Counted from the first letter of the whole stretch, positions 1 to 12,812 are shown. The stretch is DNA of 63,041 bases, filler included, from Octopus bimaculoides (GCF_001194135.2; 4 parts of 4 records of this genome joined end to end with filler, not necessarily neighbours in it), one strand, 5' to 3'. Numbers and translations: made by a program. The notes: generated by a model from the letters alone, not told the origin.

Positions 1-397
1 ATGTATACATATACATCTCTCTCTGTCTCTCTCTTTCTGTCTCTCTCTTTCTCTCTTTCTCTCTCGGTGAAAGTATCTGTCACTACAGTATCGAAATGTG
101 ATTGTTTCAGTTAGTGGAATAGTTTCATTTTTAAAGTGAAAGTATTTGACATGAGTGTTTTTGTTTCACTTTTGACACGTAATACTTAAATAGTGGAGGA
201 GATATTATGTTGCCGTGTGCTCGAACTCTGCAAGAAGTTAATAAATTTTTTTGACTAAAACACAACTGGAACCCTAAGTAAGGCATGTGTAAAATTTGAA
301 TGAAATTGGTTGCGTAGTTCTCGAGTTTTAGGGATTCACACAGACAGACAGACAGACAGACAGATAGACACACATTCTCATTTTTATATATATAGAT
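1..397 (+). mobile_element. Non-autonomous Helitron-like element, 3' part (Lep1/HINE-like) with internal (ACAG)n
   Basis: ...AAAATTTGAATGAAATTGGTTGCGTAGTTCTCGAG...(ACAG)n at ~341-362...CATTTTTATATATATAGAT. This layout matches the 3' ends of known microsatellite-carrying non-autonomous Helitrons. No hairpin-CTAG end was confirmed. Confidence 0.5.
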
Positions 398-772
398 TGA
401 CGATTCCCTGCCCTATATCTATATATATATACATATATGTATATATATATATATATATATATGTGTTCCCTTGTCATTTCTTTAGTGTCATATTGCCCTC
501 TACACTCGACTAATACTTCATTCTGAGTCCTAGCATCAGGTTGTTAGTATTGCTACACCTACGCAAATACATACATATATAAGCACACAAACACACATAT
601 ACGCATATATATAAACACACATACACACACACACATATATATATACATAAACACACGCATATATATAAAGACGCACACACATATATACACACAAACACAC
701 ACACACTCTCTTTCTCTTTCTCTTATACTCACATTCCCACACACACACATAAGCACGCATAAACACACACAC

Positions 773-838
<66 letters not shown>

Positions 839-1837
839 NNNNNNNNNNNNNNNNNNNNNNNNNNNNNNNNNNNNNNNNNNNNNNNNNNNNNNNNNNNNNN
901 NNNNNNNNNNNNNNNNNNNNNNNNNNNNNNNNNNNNNNNNNNNNNNNNNNNNNNNNNNNNNNNNNNNNNNNNNNNNNNNNNNNNNNNNNNNNNNNNNNNN
1001 NNNNNNNNNNNNNNNNNNNNNNNNNNNNNNNNNNNNNNNNNNNNNNNNNNNNNNNNNNNNNNNNNNNNNNNNNNNNNNNNNNNNNNNNNNNNNNNNNNNN
1101 NNNNNNNNNNNNNNNNNNNNNNNNNNNNNNNNNNNNNNNNNNNNNNNNNNNNNNNNNNNNNNNNNNNNNNNNNNNNNNNNNNNNNNNNNNNNNNNNNNNN
1201 NNNNNNNNNNNNNNNNNNNNNNNNNNNNNNNNNNNNNNNNNNNNNNNNNNNNNNNNNNNNNNNNNNNNNNNNNNNNNNNNNNNNNNNNNNNNNNNNNNNN
1301 NNNNNNNNNNNNNNNNNNNNNNNNNNNNNNNNNNNNNNNNNNNNNNNNNNNNNNNNNNNNNNNNNNNNNNNNNNNNNNNNNNNNNNNNNNNNNNNNNNNN
1401 NNNNNNNNNNNNNNNNNNNNNNNNNNNNNNNNNNNNNNNNNNNNNNNNNNNNNNNNNNNNNNNNNNNNNNNNNNNNNNNNNNNNNNNNNNNNNNNNNNNN
1501 NNNNNNNNNNNNNNNNNNNNNNNNNNNNNNNNNNNNNNNNNNNNNNNNNNNNNNNNNNNNNNNNNNNNNNNNNNNNNNNNNNNNNNNNNNNNNNNNNNNN
1601 NNNNNNNNNNNNNNNNNNNNNNNNNNNNNNNNNNNNNNNNNNNNNNNNNNNNNNNNNNNNNNNNNNNNNNNNNNNNNNNNNNNNNNNNNNNNNNNNNNNN
1701 NNNNNNNNNNNNNNNNNNNNNNNNNNNNNNNNNNNNNNNNNNNNNNNNNNNNNNNNNNNNNNNNNNNNNNNNNNNNNNNNNNNNNNNNNNNNNNATACGA
1801 GAATTTATTATTAATCACAACAATTGTTTCGACAAAC

Positions 1838-1904
1838 CTAGCATCAACACCTTTTGTGGGACACACAAAAACTGGTTCAGGAGTATCCGGTGGTGCAGTC
1901 GTAT
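1838..1904 (-). CDS. Candidate exon (D)TTAPPDTPEPVFVCPTKGVDA
   Basis: T-rich acceptor ending CAACGAG, donor TAG|GTTTGT, 67 nt, phase 1-2, compatible with the 6960 donor. Confidence 0.25.
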
Positions 1905-2243
1905 CTCGTTGAGTAATAAATAAATAATAAAGACTCGTTAAAATGACTGTTCCACAATGCAACTTTCCGTTTTCTAGAGAGAAAAACAGTCAGACTTAAT
2001 CCAGCGAGAAAAAGTATTGAAAATTACCGTAAACAGATATGTATATATAAACGCCCTTGGGCATGCCGCATGGCACGAGTTCACACGCTCATACAAGCAT
2101 TAGCAAAAATGTGAGCATACGCACACGCCAGGTTAGGCGCACTCATGATTACATGATTAGTAGATGTTTAGAAGAATGGAGAGGTTTAAAGTAAATTTAA
2201 GTCATCCATTCCTTAAAGTAAATTAAATTAAATTAACGGTTAC

Positions 2244-2858
2244 TCAAAATTCATTTACACTGCGTTGTGCAAAAGTACATTTATATGCGTGTAGGCATCT
2301 CGATAGTCTTTCAGAAATTCTATTAAATATCTTTTTATTAGTATACAGAATAGACAGAGATTCCTCGGAGCAGAGACAGCATCTCCTGGAAATAGCAATG
2401 TATGGTTTTGCATGTCTAACTATGGACCAAGTAATGTAGTATTTCGTATTAGCCTCCTCCAGTCGCCATATAAAATCTGCCAAAGATGTCGAATGTCTCT
2501 TATTAATTGACCTAAAGCTGGCAACATGATTGCGATAACGATTCTTAAATGAATCAGCCGTCTGCCCAATATAAACATAGGGCCCTCCCCTTGTGTGCAC
2601 GGTACATTTATATACAAGATTTGTACTCACACAGAGATTCATCAAAGGACATATTGACTTCTCCCTGCATGAGCGTTTATCGTTTTTATTTGTATATAAA
2701 GCAGTCCTGACTCCATTTACCGGCGTTGTTATCGTGCTAGCTGTACCATGAGCATTTCTACTACAACAAATTGGTCGAAGTTGATGATTATCAATGCGGT
2801 TTACATCTCCTTGTTTGGCATTTAGCTGTAAATGCTTGTTAGATCCAGTAGGTGGGTT
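2244..2858 (-). mobile_element. Penelope-like retroelement C-terminus: GIY-YIG endonuclease (5'-truncated)
   Basis: Open frame reads ...SCREKSICPLMNLCVSTNLVYKCTV...YVYIGQTADSFKNRYRNHVASF...STSLADFIW...WSIVRHAKPY...RRCCLC...NRISERLSRCLH. It shows the CxxKxxCPLxxxC motif, VYK...YIG and the C-terminal CxLC/CxH of PLE endonucleases. The frame stays open 71 codons upstream of the tracked ORF. Confidence 0.9.
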
Positions 2859-3156
2859 ATTATATATATATATAATGTAAACAGTTAGTGGTTATAGTAA
2901 CCAACAAAGGGATAAAATATCCGTATATACTATCGGTATCCGTTTCTTGTAATATTCCTGGGCGATGGTGCGCAGGCACATCATACATGTAGAGTGCAGA
3001 TAACAACAGGATAAACAAGAGTTTATCAGGAACCAATGCAAGTAATTAGAAAATGGAGAAAACCAGATTGACCTGTGGGCTTCTCCACTTTCTAATTATT
3101 TGTTTTATAAACACAGACACACAGACACAGACACACACATATATATATATACATAC

Positions 3157-3203
<47 letters not shown>

Positions 3204-3206
<3 letters not shown>

Positions 3207-3334
3207 CCAACGAGCTTTTTTCAATTTCCATCCCGAGGGTATAGTAGAAGACACATCCCCAAAGTGCCACGCACTGAGATTACGCCAGGAGGCATGTGGT
3301 TGGGAAGCAAACTTCTTCCCACAGAGCCACGCCT
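3204..3334 (-). mobile_element. tRNA-derived SINE family A, head/core fragment
   Basis: Reverse complement matches the head and GGCACCTTGGGCAAGTGTCTTCTACTATA core of the fuller copies at 25096 and 39034. Confidence 0.75.
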
Positions 3335-3826
3335 GTATGTATGTTTCCATATATATATATACTTGATAAATTCCTGTATGAATATATACTTGGCAAGTTT
3401 CCTGTATGTGTATATATATATTAAGTAAGTCGTTATATGTATTAGACGACTCCAGAGATATTGGCTTTGCTACAATAATAAGCAAAGGAAACTTAACTAT
3501 AATATATATTTATGCGTTATTTTCATCATGTTCTTTTTTTTGTTTTTATTTTTGCGTGTGGCGGGTTATTAAAAGTGTTGTCTTGCTTTTCGAAAGGGTG
3601 GGGTGGGGGTTACTGTTAGGCTCATATTTCTTTTGCACACGGTTTTATTTTGAGCGTGAAAGAGATAAAGAAATATGAACACATGTATGAAGAGAACGCA
3701 ATATTGAGAATGATAATGATGATGATGATGGTAGTGATGATAATTATTATGATGATGATACAAGATGACGACCAACAACAGCAGCAGCAGCACCTCCACA
3801 ACGGCGATACTTGTGTATTGTATGTA

Positions 3827-3874
<48 letters not shown>

Positions 3875-4481
3875 ATACCAGTGCCTGTGTTATTATTATT
3901 GGCGTAATGACCCACCCGAGACACAACCGGGCTTGTTTCAACAAACTATTTGACACCAAGAATCAGGCAAACCAAATACAAAAATGAAGTGTGTGTGTAT
4001 GTGTGTGTGTGTGTATGTGTGTGTGTGTGTGTGCGAGCGAGCACGTGCGTGTGTGCGTGTGTGTGTGCGTGTGCAAGAGAAGTATGTGAATGTTTGTATG
4101 TGTGATTATGATGTACCTTATTCATATATAAAACACTACAATTGGCCGTAATTTTTGAGGGCAAAGGGGTCAGGTAGTATGAATATATTCTGTAATGAAT
4201 TATGGCATTGAAACTTTTTATCCACTGGCCTTTTTGTGATCGAATTAGCGGACAAGAATGAATTCCTTATGCCAATCGGACTAGCCAGCACACGGAGGCT
4301 CTCAAAAATAATAAGTTAATCATCAGTGTCTGCGTGGACAGCGTAAGACGATTCTAAGCTGTTGATGGAATCCTAAAACAAAATGCACAATAACTGGGCT
4401 GATCCCTCATTTTTTGTCCACGTATTCATACATCGTACATATTCATGTGTGTCTGTATGTGTGCGCGTGTTAGTGTGTGTA

Positions 4482-4535
<54 letters not shown>

Positions 4536-4610
4536 CGTGTGTGTGTGTAGATTTACACACATATATACATACTTATATACACATATGCATACATACATAC
4601 ATACATACAT

Positions 4611-4772
4611 GCGACAGGCTACTTTCAGTTCAGTCTATCAAATGCATACACAAGGCTTTTGTCGGCTAGGGGCTATAGTGGAAGACACTTACCCAAGATG
4701 CTGAGCAGTGAGACTGAACCCGGAACCATATGGTTGGGAAACAAGCTTCTTACCCCACCTGCACCCATTGCG
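4611..4772 (-). mobile_element. SINE family A, head/core fragment
   Basis: Reverse complement contains GTAAGAAGCTTGTTTCCCAACCATATGGTTCCGGGTTCAGTC...GGGTAAGTGTCTTCCACTATAGC. It ends in an (ACAT)n tract. Confidence 0.8.
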
Positions 4773-5124
4773 CTGGGAATTTTTTGACAAGTGTCAGGAA
4801 AGAAAACGTTGTAGTATTTTGGTGCATCAACAAGGCCCAGAACATCAGTAACGATGGAGTAAATATTGTTTGCCAACATAACATGGCAGTCCTGGTTTAG
4901 GACGAATGTTGCTGTAATTTAGCCTCAGGAGACATCATCTCCAGCTGGAATACGACACGATCTGTGTCCTTATATTTTCGAACAAGGGAATCTAGCACCC
5001 CCACTCAGCTCAAAACAATATCTGTGTATCGCAATTTCCGGGTTATTTCCCTTCAGCACAGAATAAGTACTGTTGCTGAATATCTCTCGTGATGAGATTT
5101 ATAAATGGTAATCAGTAACAATAT

Positions 5125-5330
5125 CCTAGAGCGCAGAGTCCATGGGACAAAAGAAAGGGAGGCAACCGAAAAGACACTGACTTGACGACATCAAAGAATA
5201 GATTGGAAAACTTCTGACCGAATGCACAAGCATGGTCAGAGACAGAAATTGAGGGCGAGCGAAATACTCTATATGTCTATGGCCTCCAACAGTCAGCAAT
5301 AAGGGTGCGAATAGACAAGACAAGGCAAGA
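5125..5330 (+). mobile_element. RTE-clade LINE 3' end relic
   Basis: Decayed peptide HGTKERGRQPKRH*LDDIKE*IG...CTSMVRDRN*GRA resembles the RTE motif G.R.RGRP..W.DDIKEW...DR..WR. It has a short (GACAA)-like tail. Confidence 0.7.
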
Positions 5331-5336
5331 GTTCCA

Positions 5337-5400
<64 letters not shown>

Positions 5401-5510
5401 GTGCGTGTGTATGCATGTATGTTTGTACAACATGACATTGAGATCAGCTCAAATATGTGTGGGACATACTTGACCTGTACAAAGGCCATATTCACGACTA
5501 CTTTGCCATG

Positions 5511-5720
5511 TGGAGGCGCGTGGTTCAGTGGTTAGCGCGCTGGATTTATGATCATAAGATTATGGTTTCGATTCCTGGATCGGCTGTTGTTTTCTTGAGA
5601 AAAAACACTCCATTTCACGCTGCTCAGCTGACAAAAATGAGTAATCCTGCAACGTAACTGCATCCCATCTATAGGGGAATTTATGCTCTACAGAGGCCGG
5701 GGAACTAGTCATATGAGTCT
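5511..5720 (+). mobile_element. tRNA-derived SINE (old, CORE-like), distinct family
   Basis: Contains A-box TGGTTCAGTGG, B-box GTTTCGATTCC and a downstream TTCTTGAGAAAAAACACTCCATTTCAC core-like segment. Confidence 0.65.
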
Positions 5721-6505
5721 ATATTACTTGGGGGAAAAATATTTATCCAGTTTGCCATCAAGAATCCTTATTTGCTTCAGGCAACCGCTGTTGAAATTCT
5801 TGACATTTTTTTCTTCACCACCTGTTGTTTGTAGCGAGAAATATTTTCAAAAGCAAAGAATAGTGGATCCAGCCTTTGTTCAAGTCCAATATGTAACAAA
5901 CATATCTCAACAGCTCTAAATATTTGTTCATTCGCAACTCTGCATTGGCGACCCCCACCCCCACATACACACTTCAAGATATATAACATGGTGTGTCTTG
6001 ATAAATAACTCGGTGTGAAAGCTTATTTCATTCTGAAACTAACAGAATAATATCCGAATGCACTAACCATTTTGTTTTTAATATCCAGCATTCATACAAA
6101 CTCCTACGAAAATTGTAGTGTGTGAGTTCATGCCTGCGTGAGTGTGTGTTTGTGTGTATGTTTTTGTATGTGTAGGTATGTGCGTGTTTGTGTGGGGGGT
6201 GGGGGTGCAGTAACTGTTAATGGAATACAAAGAATGTCTGTTTGTCAGCAATGAAATATCGAGCAGCAAGTTGAATTCTCTTCAATTTACTTCAAAGCAA
6301 TATATTTTCCATTCTTTTCAAACAACGAAAAACGTGGAGCAACACAAAAAAGAAAAAAACTAACAACACAAACCTTGAATACATGAATGACAACAGTAAA
6401 CAGAGTCATATCATATCACAAATGTAACATACATTCATTACAATACAACTATAGGAAACAGGTGTTTAAAATATCCATTATTGATGCCTATTATTTCGTT
6501 CTCAG

Positions 6506-6574
6506 ATCAGAAAATAAAGAAAGACGATATGGTGTACCATTATCAAATGCCGGCGTTTGGTTCTGGAGCTGGCT
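6506..6574 (+). CDS. Candidate internal exon, (D)QKIKKDDMVYHYQMPAFGSGAG; product unknown
   Basis: Acceptor TTTCGTTCTCAG, donor GTGAGA, 69 nt, phase 1-1, in non-repetitive sequence. No homology recognised. Confidence 0.2.
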
Positions 6575-6959
6575 GTGAGACACAACAAAATTGTATTGCA
6601 TTGGAATTTTTAGAACTTGATTTTGTCACTTTAATTGGAAGAAAAACATGATTATAGGAAATTTCACCATAAACATTTTTTGCCGAAGGAAATTTGCCGC
6701 AAGAAATTTCGTTTTAAATAACTTCATCACGTTTATTTTTAATGTTTGACATTGAATAAAGACTTATTTAATGTTTTTATAAAACATTTTATCATTCTTT
6801 TTTTTTATCTTAGAAAAGGCTGACATAATATGCTTATCATTGACCATAGAAGAGTTTGTCATTTGGTGAAGTTTCTTATAGGGCAAAACTTCTTACTGCG
6901 AATTTTCGGGACATTCAAAAATATGTGTTACTGTTGGCATAGAAACCGATTATGGAAAC

Positions 6960-7128
6960 CTAGAGCGTCAAAATTAAGAGCAGCTTCTATGCGCTCGTCG
7001 GGTCTGATAGAAACAACAACTTGTTCTCCCTCAACACACACTACCATCATTGAGCAGCACATGTCACTGGTGTTATTTAGCCCCATCACCTCCACTTTCG
7101 AAGAAATGATGAAAAACAAGACCCAGGT
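6960..7128 (-). CDS. Candidate exon TWVLFFIISSKVEVMGLNNTSDMCCSMMVVCVEGEQVVVSIRPDERIEAALNFDAL
   Basis: Acceptor TCTTCTTGCCCGAAG, weak donor TAG|GTTTCC, 169 nt, phase 0-1, protein-like composition. Confidence 0.3.
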
Positions 7129-7180
7129 CTTCGGGCAAGAAGAGACAAATACATATACATACGTGTGTATGTGTGTAGGG

Positions 7181-7225
<45 letters not shown>

Positions 7226-7478
7226 GCTGAACAGCAAAAGGTCTTTGAAAAGTAGTCCCTCTGCTAGAGCCCTGAATAACTTACACTCTAAAAGAGTCAG
7301 ACAGCATCCAGAACGTTATTTCTGGACAGCCTTCTATTGTCACATTTTGTGCCCCTTTATGCGTTCTCACCTGCATCTTCCTAGGGGGGCAGGTATGGGT
7401 TTGGGGGTAAAGTTACCCCATAGTCAAGCTTCATTTTATGTTGTGTAAAGTGTAAGTCATATACATACATGTACATAC

Positions 7479-7522
<44 letters not shown>

Positions 7523-8158
7523 NNNNNNNNNNNNNNNNNNNNNNNNNNNNNNNNNNNNNNNNNNNNNNNNNNNNNNNNNNNNNNNNNNNNNNNNNNNNNN
7601 NNNNNNNNNNNNNNNNNNNNNNNNNNNNNNNNNNNNNNNNNNNNNNNNNNNNNNNNNNNNNNNNNNNNNNNNNNNNNNNNNNNNNNNNNNNNNNNNNNNN
7701 NNNNNNNNNNNNNNNNNNNNNNNNNNNNNNNNNNNNNNNNNNNNNNNNNNNNNNNNNNNNNNNNNNNNNNNNNNNNNNNNNNNNNNNNNNNNNNNNNNNN
7801 NNNNNNNNNNNNNNNNNNNNNNNNNNNNNNNNNNNNNNNNNNNNNNNNNNNNNNNNNNNNNNNNNNNNNNNNNNNNNNNNNNNNNNNNNNNNNNNNNNNN
7901 NNNNNNNNNNNNNNNNNNNNNNNNNNNNNNNNNNNNNNNNNNNNNNNNNNNNNNNNNNNNNNNNNNNNNNNNNNNNNNNNNNNNNNNNNNNNNNNNNNNN
8001 NNNNNNNNNNNNNNNNNNNNNNNNNNNNNNNNNNNNNNNNNNNNNNNNNNNNNNNNNNNNNNNNNNNNNNNNNNNNNNNNNNNNNNNNNNNNNNNNNNNN
8101 NNNNNNNNNNNNNNNNNNNNNNNNNNNNNNNNNNNNNNNNNNNNNNNNNNNNNNNNNN

Positions 8159-8192
<34 letters not shown>

Positions 8193-8550
8193 CATACCTC
8201 TCTAAGTTCGCCTCATTCAGCTCTCCCTCTCAACCTAACAGTGTGTCTGACGATAGAATCATCTTTCCATCCATCACAATCTGCCTGTTTTTCATCAATA
8301 TATCAATTCAGCTGCCCATTTCTCTCAATCCATCCATACATCCATCAACCCAGCAATCTACCCCTTATTCGTTCAGCCATCTATCAAACTCAGTCAGCTA
8401 TACATCTTCTATTTAACCATTAATCTAAAAATTAATCTACATTTCATACAAGCTTCTACAGTTTTTACACCAAAAAAATCTACATATTTCATTTCTCGAA
8501 TGCGTGTATTGCGAAGTAAAATTAAAGATTACCGATCTGTGTGTATGCAC

Positions 8551-8598
<48 letters not shown>

Positions 8599-8627
8599 GT
8601 CTGTCTATCTCTCTATCTCTCTATCTC

Positions 8628-8663
<36 letters not shown>

Positions 8664-9369
8664 CATGTATATATGTAGTCATGTATAGATGTATATATAT
8701 ATATATGCGTATATATAATGTATGTATATACACATATATATGCATTGATATATAATTTCGTTTTCCTTTCCTCTTCCATTAAACCTGAGTGTAAAAAATT
8801 GTTTTTTAAATCAAATATCTTTTTTAAAAAATGACATTTAAATATATTTAAATATATTAAATAAAATTTTCATTAAATCGCTCAAATAACGCAAAATGAT
8901 AATTTTTTTACTTGTATTGTATTAAATATAATGAATTTATTTATTTTTTCTTAATAAATTCAAAAGCATCTTTTTTTGTACAAAAATGAAATATAAATCA
9001 ACAAATTAAATTTTTCCTGGTTTCGAAAGCATTTCTAATCGGTTGTTTTCTTGTGGCAGGTGACTCTGCAGAAAAATGATGAATTCGTTTAATATTGTTG
9101 CTTGATAATAATATTTATGTCTATGTTAGTAGTGGTTCTGACAGGTGATGGAGGTGGGGCCATTATGTAACAATGAAAAAGTTTCTCACACTCAGTCTCT
9201 CTTTCTCTCTCTCACACACACTCACACACACACATAAACACACCGAATGAAAAGAGAATCAACCACATGCTCAGCATAATAAAATTCAAACTGCAAAGGC
9301 AACCATATCTGTGTGTGTGTGTGTATGTGTGTGTATGAGCGCGTGTGTGTTGTGTGCACGTACATACAG

Positions 9370-9415
<46 letters not shown>

Positions 9416-9937
9416 NNNNNNNNNNNNNNNNNNNNNNNNNNNNNNNNNNNNNNNNNNNNNNNNNNNNNNNNNNNNNNNNNNNNNNNNNNNNNNNNNNNNN
9501 NNNNNNNNNNNNNNNNNNNNNNNNNNNNNNNNNNNNNNNNNNNNNNNNNNNNNNNNNNNNNNNNNNNNNNNNNNNNNNNNNNNNNNNNNNNNNNNNNNNN
9601 NNNNNNNNNNNNNNNNNNNNNNNNNNNNNNNNNNNNNNNNNNNNNNNNNNNNNNNNNNNNNNNNNNNNNNNNNNNNNNNNNNNNNNNNNNNNNNNNNNNN
9701 NNNNNNNNNNNNNNNNNNNNNNNNNNNNNNNNNNNNNNNNNNNNNNNNNNNNNNNNNNNNNNNNNNNNNNNNNNNNNNNNNNNNNNNNNNNNNNNNNNNN
9801 NNNNNNNNNNNNNNNNNNNNNNNNNNNNNNNNNNNNNNNNNNNNNNNNNNNNNNNNNNNNNNNNNNNNNNNNNNNNNNNNNNNNNNNNNNNNNNNNNNNN
9901 NNNNNNNNNNNNNNNNNNNNNNNNNNNNNNNNNNNNN

Positions 9938-9975
<38 letters not shown>

Positions 9976-10029
9976 TCTTTTATTCTTTTATTCGTTTCAT
10001 TCATTTGACTGAGACCATGCTGGAGCACC

Positions 10030-11160
10030 ATAAAATATTTAAAAAATACACATTGTGTACAGGACATCACCAACAAGTGAAAAATACGTAAACATATGAG
10101 AGAAAGGTACAGGACAAAATACCAGAACAAGACAACTGTTTGTTACTCCCTATTTCGTGCTTTTAACGACAATATAGGGAAACTTCATAAGACAGCAGCA
10201 TCCAAAAATTTTAAAAATATAAAATTTGTATCTTCTTTTGGTATTTTCTCTCTTGTGTTTTTTTCTTATGTGGAAATGTTTAAATATATGTTCTATAATA
10301 AAAATTTAATTATATATTTACATTGATTTATTTGCATGTCGTGGGTGATGATTGATTCCTGATAGCTTAAGATATAATTTATTCCATTGGATTATTTTGA
10401 ACTCATTTTATAATAATTTTGCCTACATGTTTGTATTTTATTAGTGAGTACTTTCATTACGATTTTGGATCTTTTGGTCAATTTTATAATATTTATTTCT
10501 TTTTAGATGGAACTATTAGCTGAAACATGTCGTCTGCAACTAATGTTTATATCTCATAGACATTGGTCTACATTGGTGAAGCATCAGAGTTAAAATATGT
10601 TAGTTTTCAATTATGTGAAAAGCGTATTAAATATTTATTATGGATTGTCAGGTGCCAATGTCCATTACTTTATCTTCTTTAATCTCTAAATTTACAATCT
10701 ACTTGAAACGTATGATCTCGATTGTGTTCACTAAATTCCATTCAATATGTTTCTTTCGTTTGGTCATTTTAATGTTCCATGGTTTTAAGTTCTACAATTC
10801 TTGCTTTATCAATGTCCCTTTTGGTGATATTTCTATGTTTTATATATTTTATGGTTTCTGTGCTTTCCAGCTATAAACAGGGGATAATCTATCTTTATGG
10901 TTTGATGTTTATATTTGTGTTCTGTAATATTAAGCAAATGCAGAGATAGTTCGCTAATGTTCATCTCCTGCTACTTGTCTGTTGATTTCCAGGCACTGCC
11001 AGATTGAATGGTACTTTCCAGGTGTCGAAACCGTAATGAGATCTATTCGGTAGCTGAAGATGTACACACGTAATGTGTTTGTTGACGGTGATCCTTGTGC
11101 ATCTTGTGTTTCCGTGTTTCTAAATTGTCCTTCATTGAATTTTCAGTTCTTATAAAGTTG
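10030..11160. mobile_element. Decayed Penelope-like element (RT-linker remnant +, AT-rich pLTR-like tract, N-terminal-like remnant -)
   Basis: A frameshifted TPYF/RAFNDNIGKLHKT..FKNIKF linker-like peptide lies at ~10140-10230 and a decayed HHR at 10505-10531. A stop-riddled K/E/I-rich minus frame lies at 10600-11160. Confidence 0.45.
10505..10531 (+). ncRNA. Decayed minimal hammerhead ribozyme (PLE type)
   Basis: AGATG-GAACT-ATT-AGCT-GAAAC-ATGTC retains GAAAC, the palindromic ACATGT and the GTC triplet. The 5' CTGA is replaced by T's and stem II is mismatched. Confidence 0.45.
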
Positions 11161-11424
11161 AATTTTGTTTCTTGGTTCATATCGTTTTTGTCTCATACAC
11201 CCCCCCTCCCACACACACACACATTTCATATCATTTAATTCAATATGTGTGTGTATGTGTATATATCAACCTTTATGCATGCAATATTAAAGAAGAAGTA
11301 TTACATTTGTGCGTGGCTGTTTGTGTGTGTACAAACATATTAGAGAAAGAGATATTTGTGGGCATGCGCATCTATACGATCGATATGTAGATAAATAGAT
11401 TACACGGAGTCGAACTCCACTCAC

Positions 11425-11492
11425 ATCGATCAAGCTTGATTCCTTATAGACAGCTTCGCAACAAATGGATTTAGTTCTATTCAACATTAATT
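11425..11492 (-). CDS. Candidate exon (E)LMLNRTKSICCEAVYKESSLID
   Basis: Acceptor TTGTTCTCTTTAG, donor GTGAGT, 68 nt, phase 1-0. Only this frame is open. Confidence 0.4.
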
Positions 11493-12335
11493 CTAAAGAG
11501 AACAAGCATTTTACAAAGATCCAAAAACATTCAAATTTTGTAGGAAAAAAAGTCTTTATGAAATTCCAGACAAACCAGCATGAAAGCGAATATATTTTCA
11601 CAAGACAATACCTTTGCACAAGAATGGATAGAGATGTTTCGCTTAAAAATAGAACATTCTATCAGAGGTGTGGTTTGAGCAGTTAAATAAAGTGGAACCA
11701 ACATCTCTTGAAGTATCTGTTTCAACTTAACAGAAGGTATGGAGCAATTAATCACATACAAATGCGTGTGTGTATGTGTGTGTGTGTTTGTGTGTGTGTA
11801 TGTGTGTCTGTGGGTGAATAAATGTATGTATTTATGTAGGTAGGCATACAGGTAGATAGGCAGGCAGGTAGGTAGGTAGGTAGGTAGGTAGGTAGGTAGN
11901 NNNNNNNNNNNNNNNNNNNNNNNNNNNNNNNNNNNNNNNNNNNNNNNNNNNNNNNNNNNNNNNNNNNNNNNNNNNNNNNNNNNNNNNNNNNNNNNNNNNN
12001 NNNNNNNNNNNNNNNNNNNNNNNNNNNNNNNNNNNNNNNNNNNNNNNNNNNNNNNNNNNNNNNNNNNNATAAGTGTTTATGTATATGTGTGTATGTGCGT
12101 ACTTACGTAAATATACATTTATATATACATATGAATAGATTTAATTATATATATAAGTATATTTTTGCATACATACATGTATATATACATGCAAATATAC
12201 ATATATGTGTCTGTGCATGTGAGTGTGAATATATACACACACACATATTCGTGTATACTTCACTTATGAATATATATAATATATACATATATTCACACAC
12301 ACACACACACACTTATATATATATGCATGCACATA

Positions 12336-12429
<94 letters not shown>

Positions 12430-12431
<2 letters not shown>

Positions 12432-12700
12432 AGTGCAAATATTCCTTTTTTTGTCGTAATGTTTCCCATTCCATGCCTCCTGATGTTGATATCCGTTCGT
12501 GGTTGCATCTATTCATATGCATTCTTACTTGTTGATCTTTGGCATTAAGAGTTCCAATACAACTTCGCACCTCCATTCAACACACAAATTATTATTTTTT
12601 TTCTCATCTCTAAATATAATAGATTCCATGTTCAGCTTCATCTCTCATCCAGCTTCGAATGTCTGTCGGCTTAGCGACTGTTTATTTCATCCGTTTACTC
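12430..12700 (-). mobile_element. Probable LINE (RTE-like) relic
   Basis: Frameshifted fragments (EWRCEVVLELLMPKINK; GNITTKKGIFAL) resemble the RTE endonuclease-RT linker. Confidence 0.3.
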
Positions 12701-12736
12701 TGTGAACTTATCTTGTTCATTGTGTAATAATTAAAT

Positions 12737-12809
<73 letters not shown>

Positions 12810-12812
12810 ATA

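Noticed and set aside
2921-3035. Possible hammerhead in the PLE-flanking sequence (CTGATAA...GAAAC on minus)
   Set aside because: The core is mutated, stem II is incomplete and no stem I pairing can be drawn.
6655-6915. MITE with AATTTCGCCG-like subterminal repeats
   Set aside because: Too degenerate to define TIRs or a TSD.
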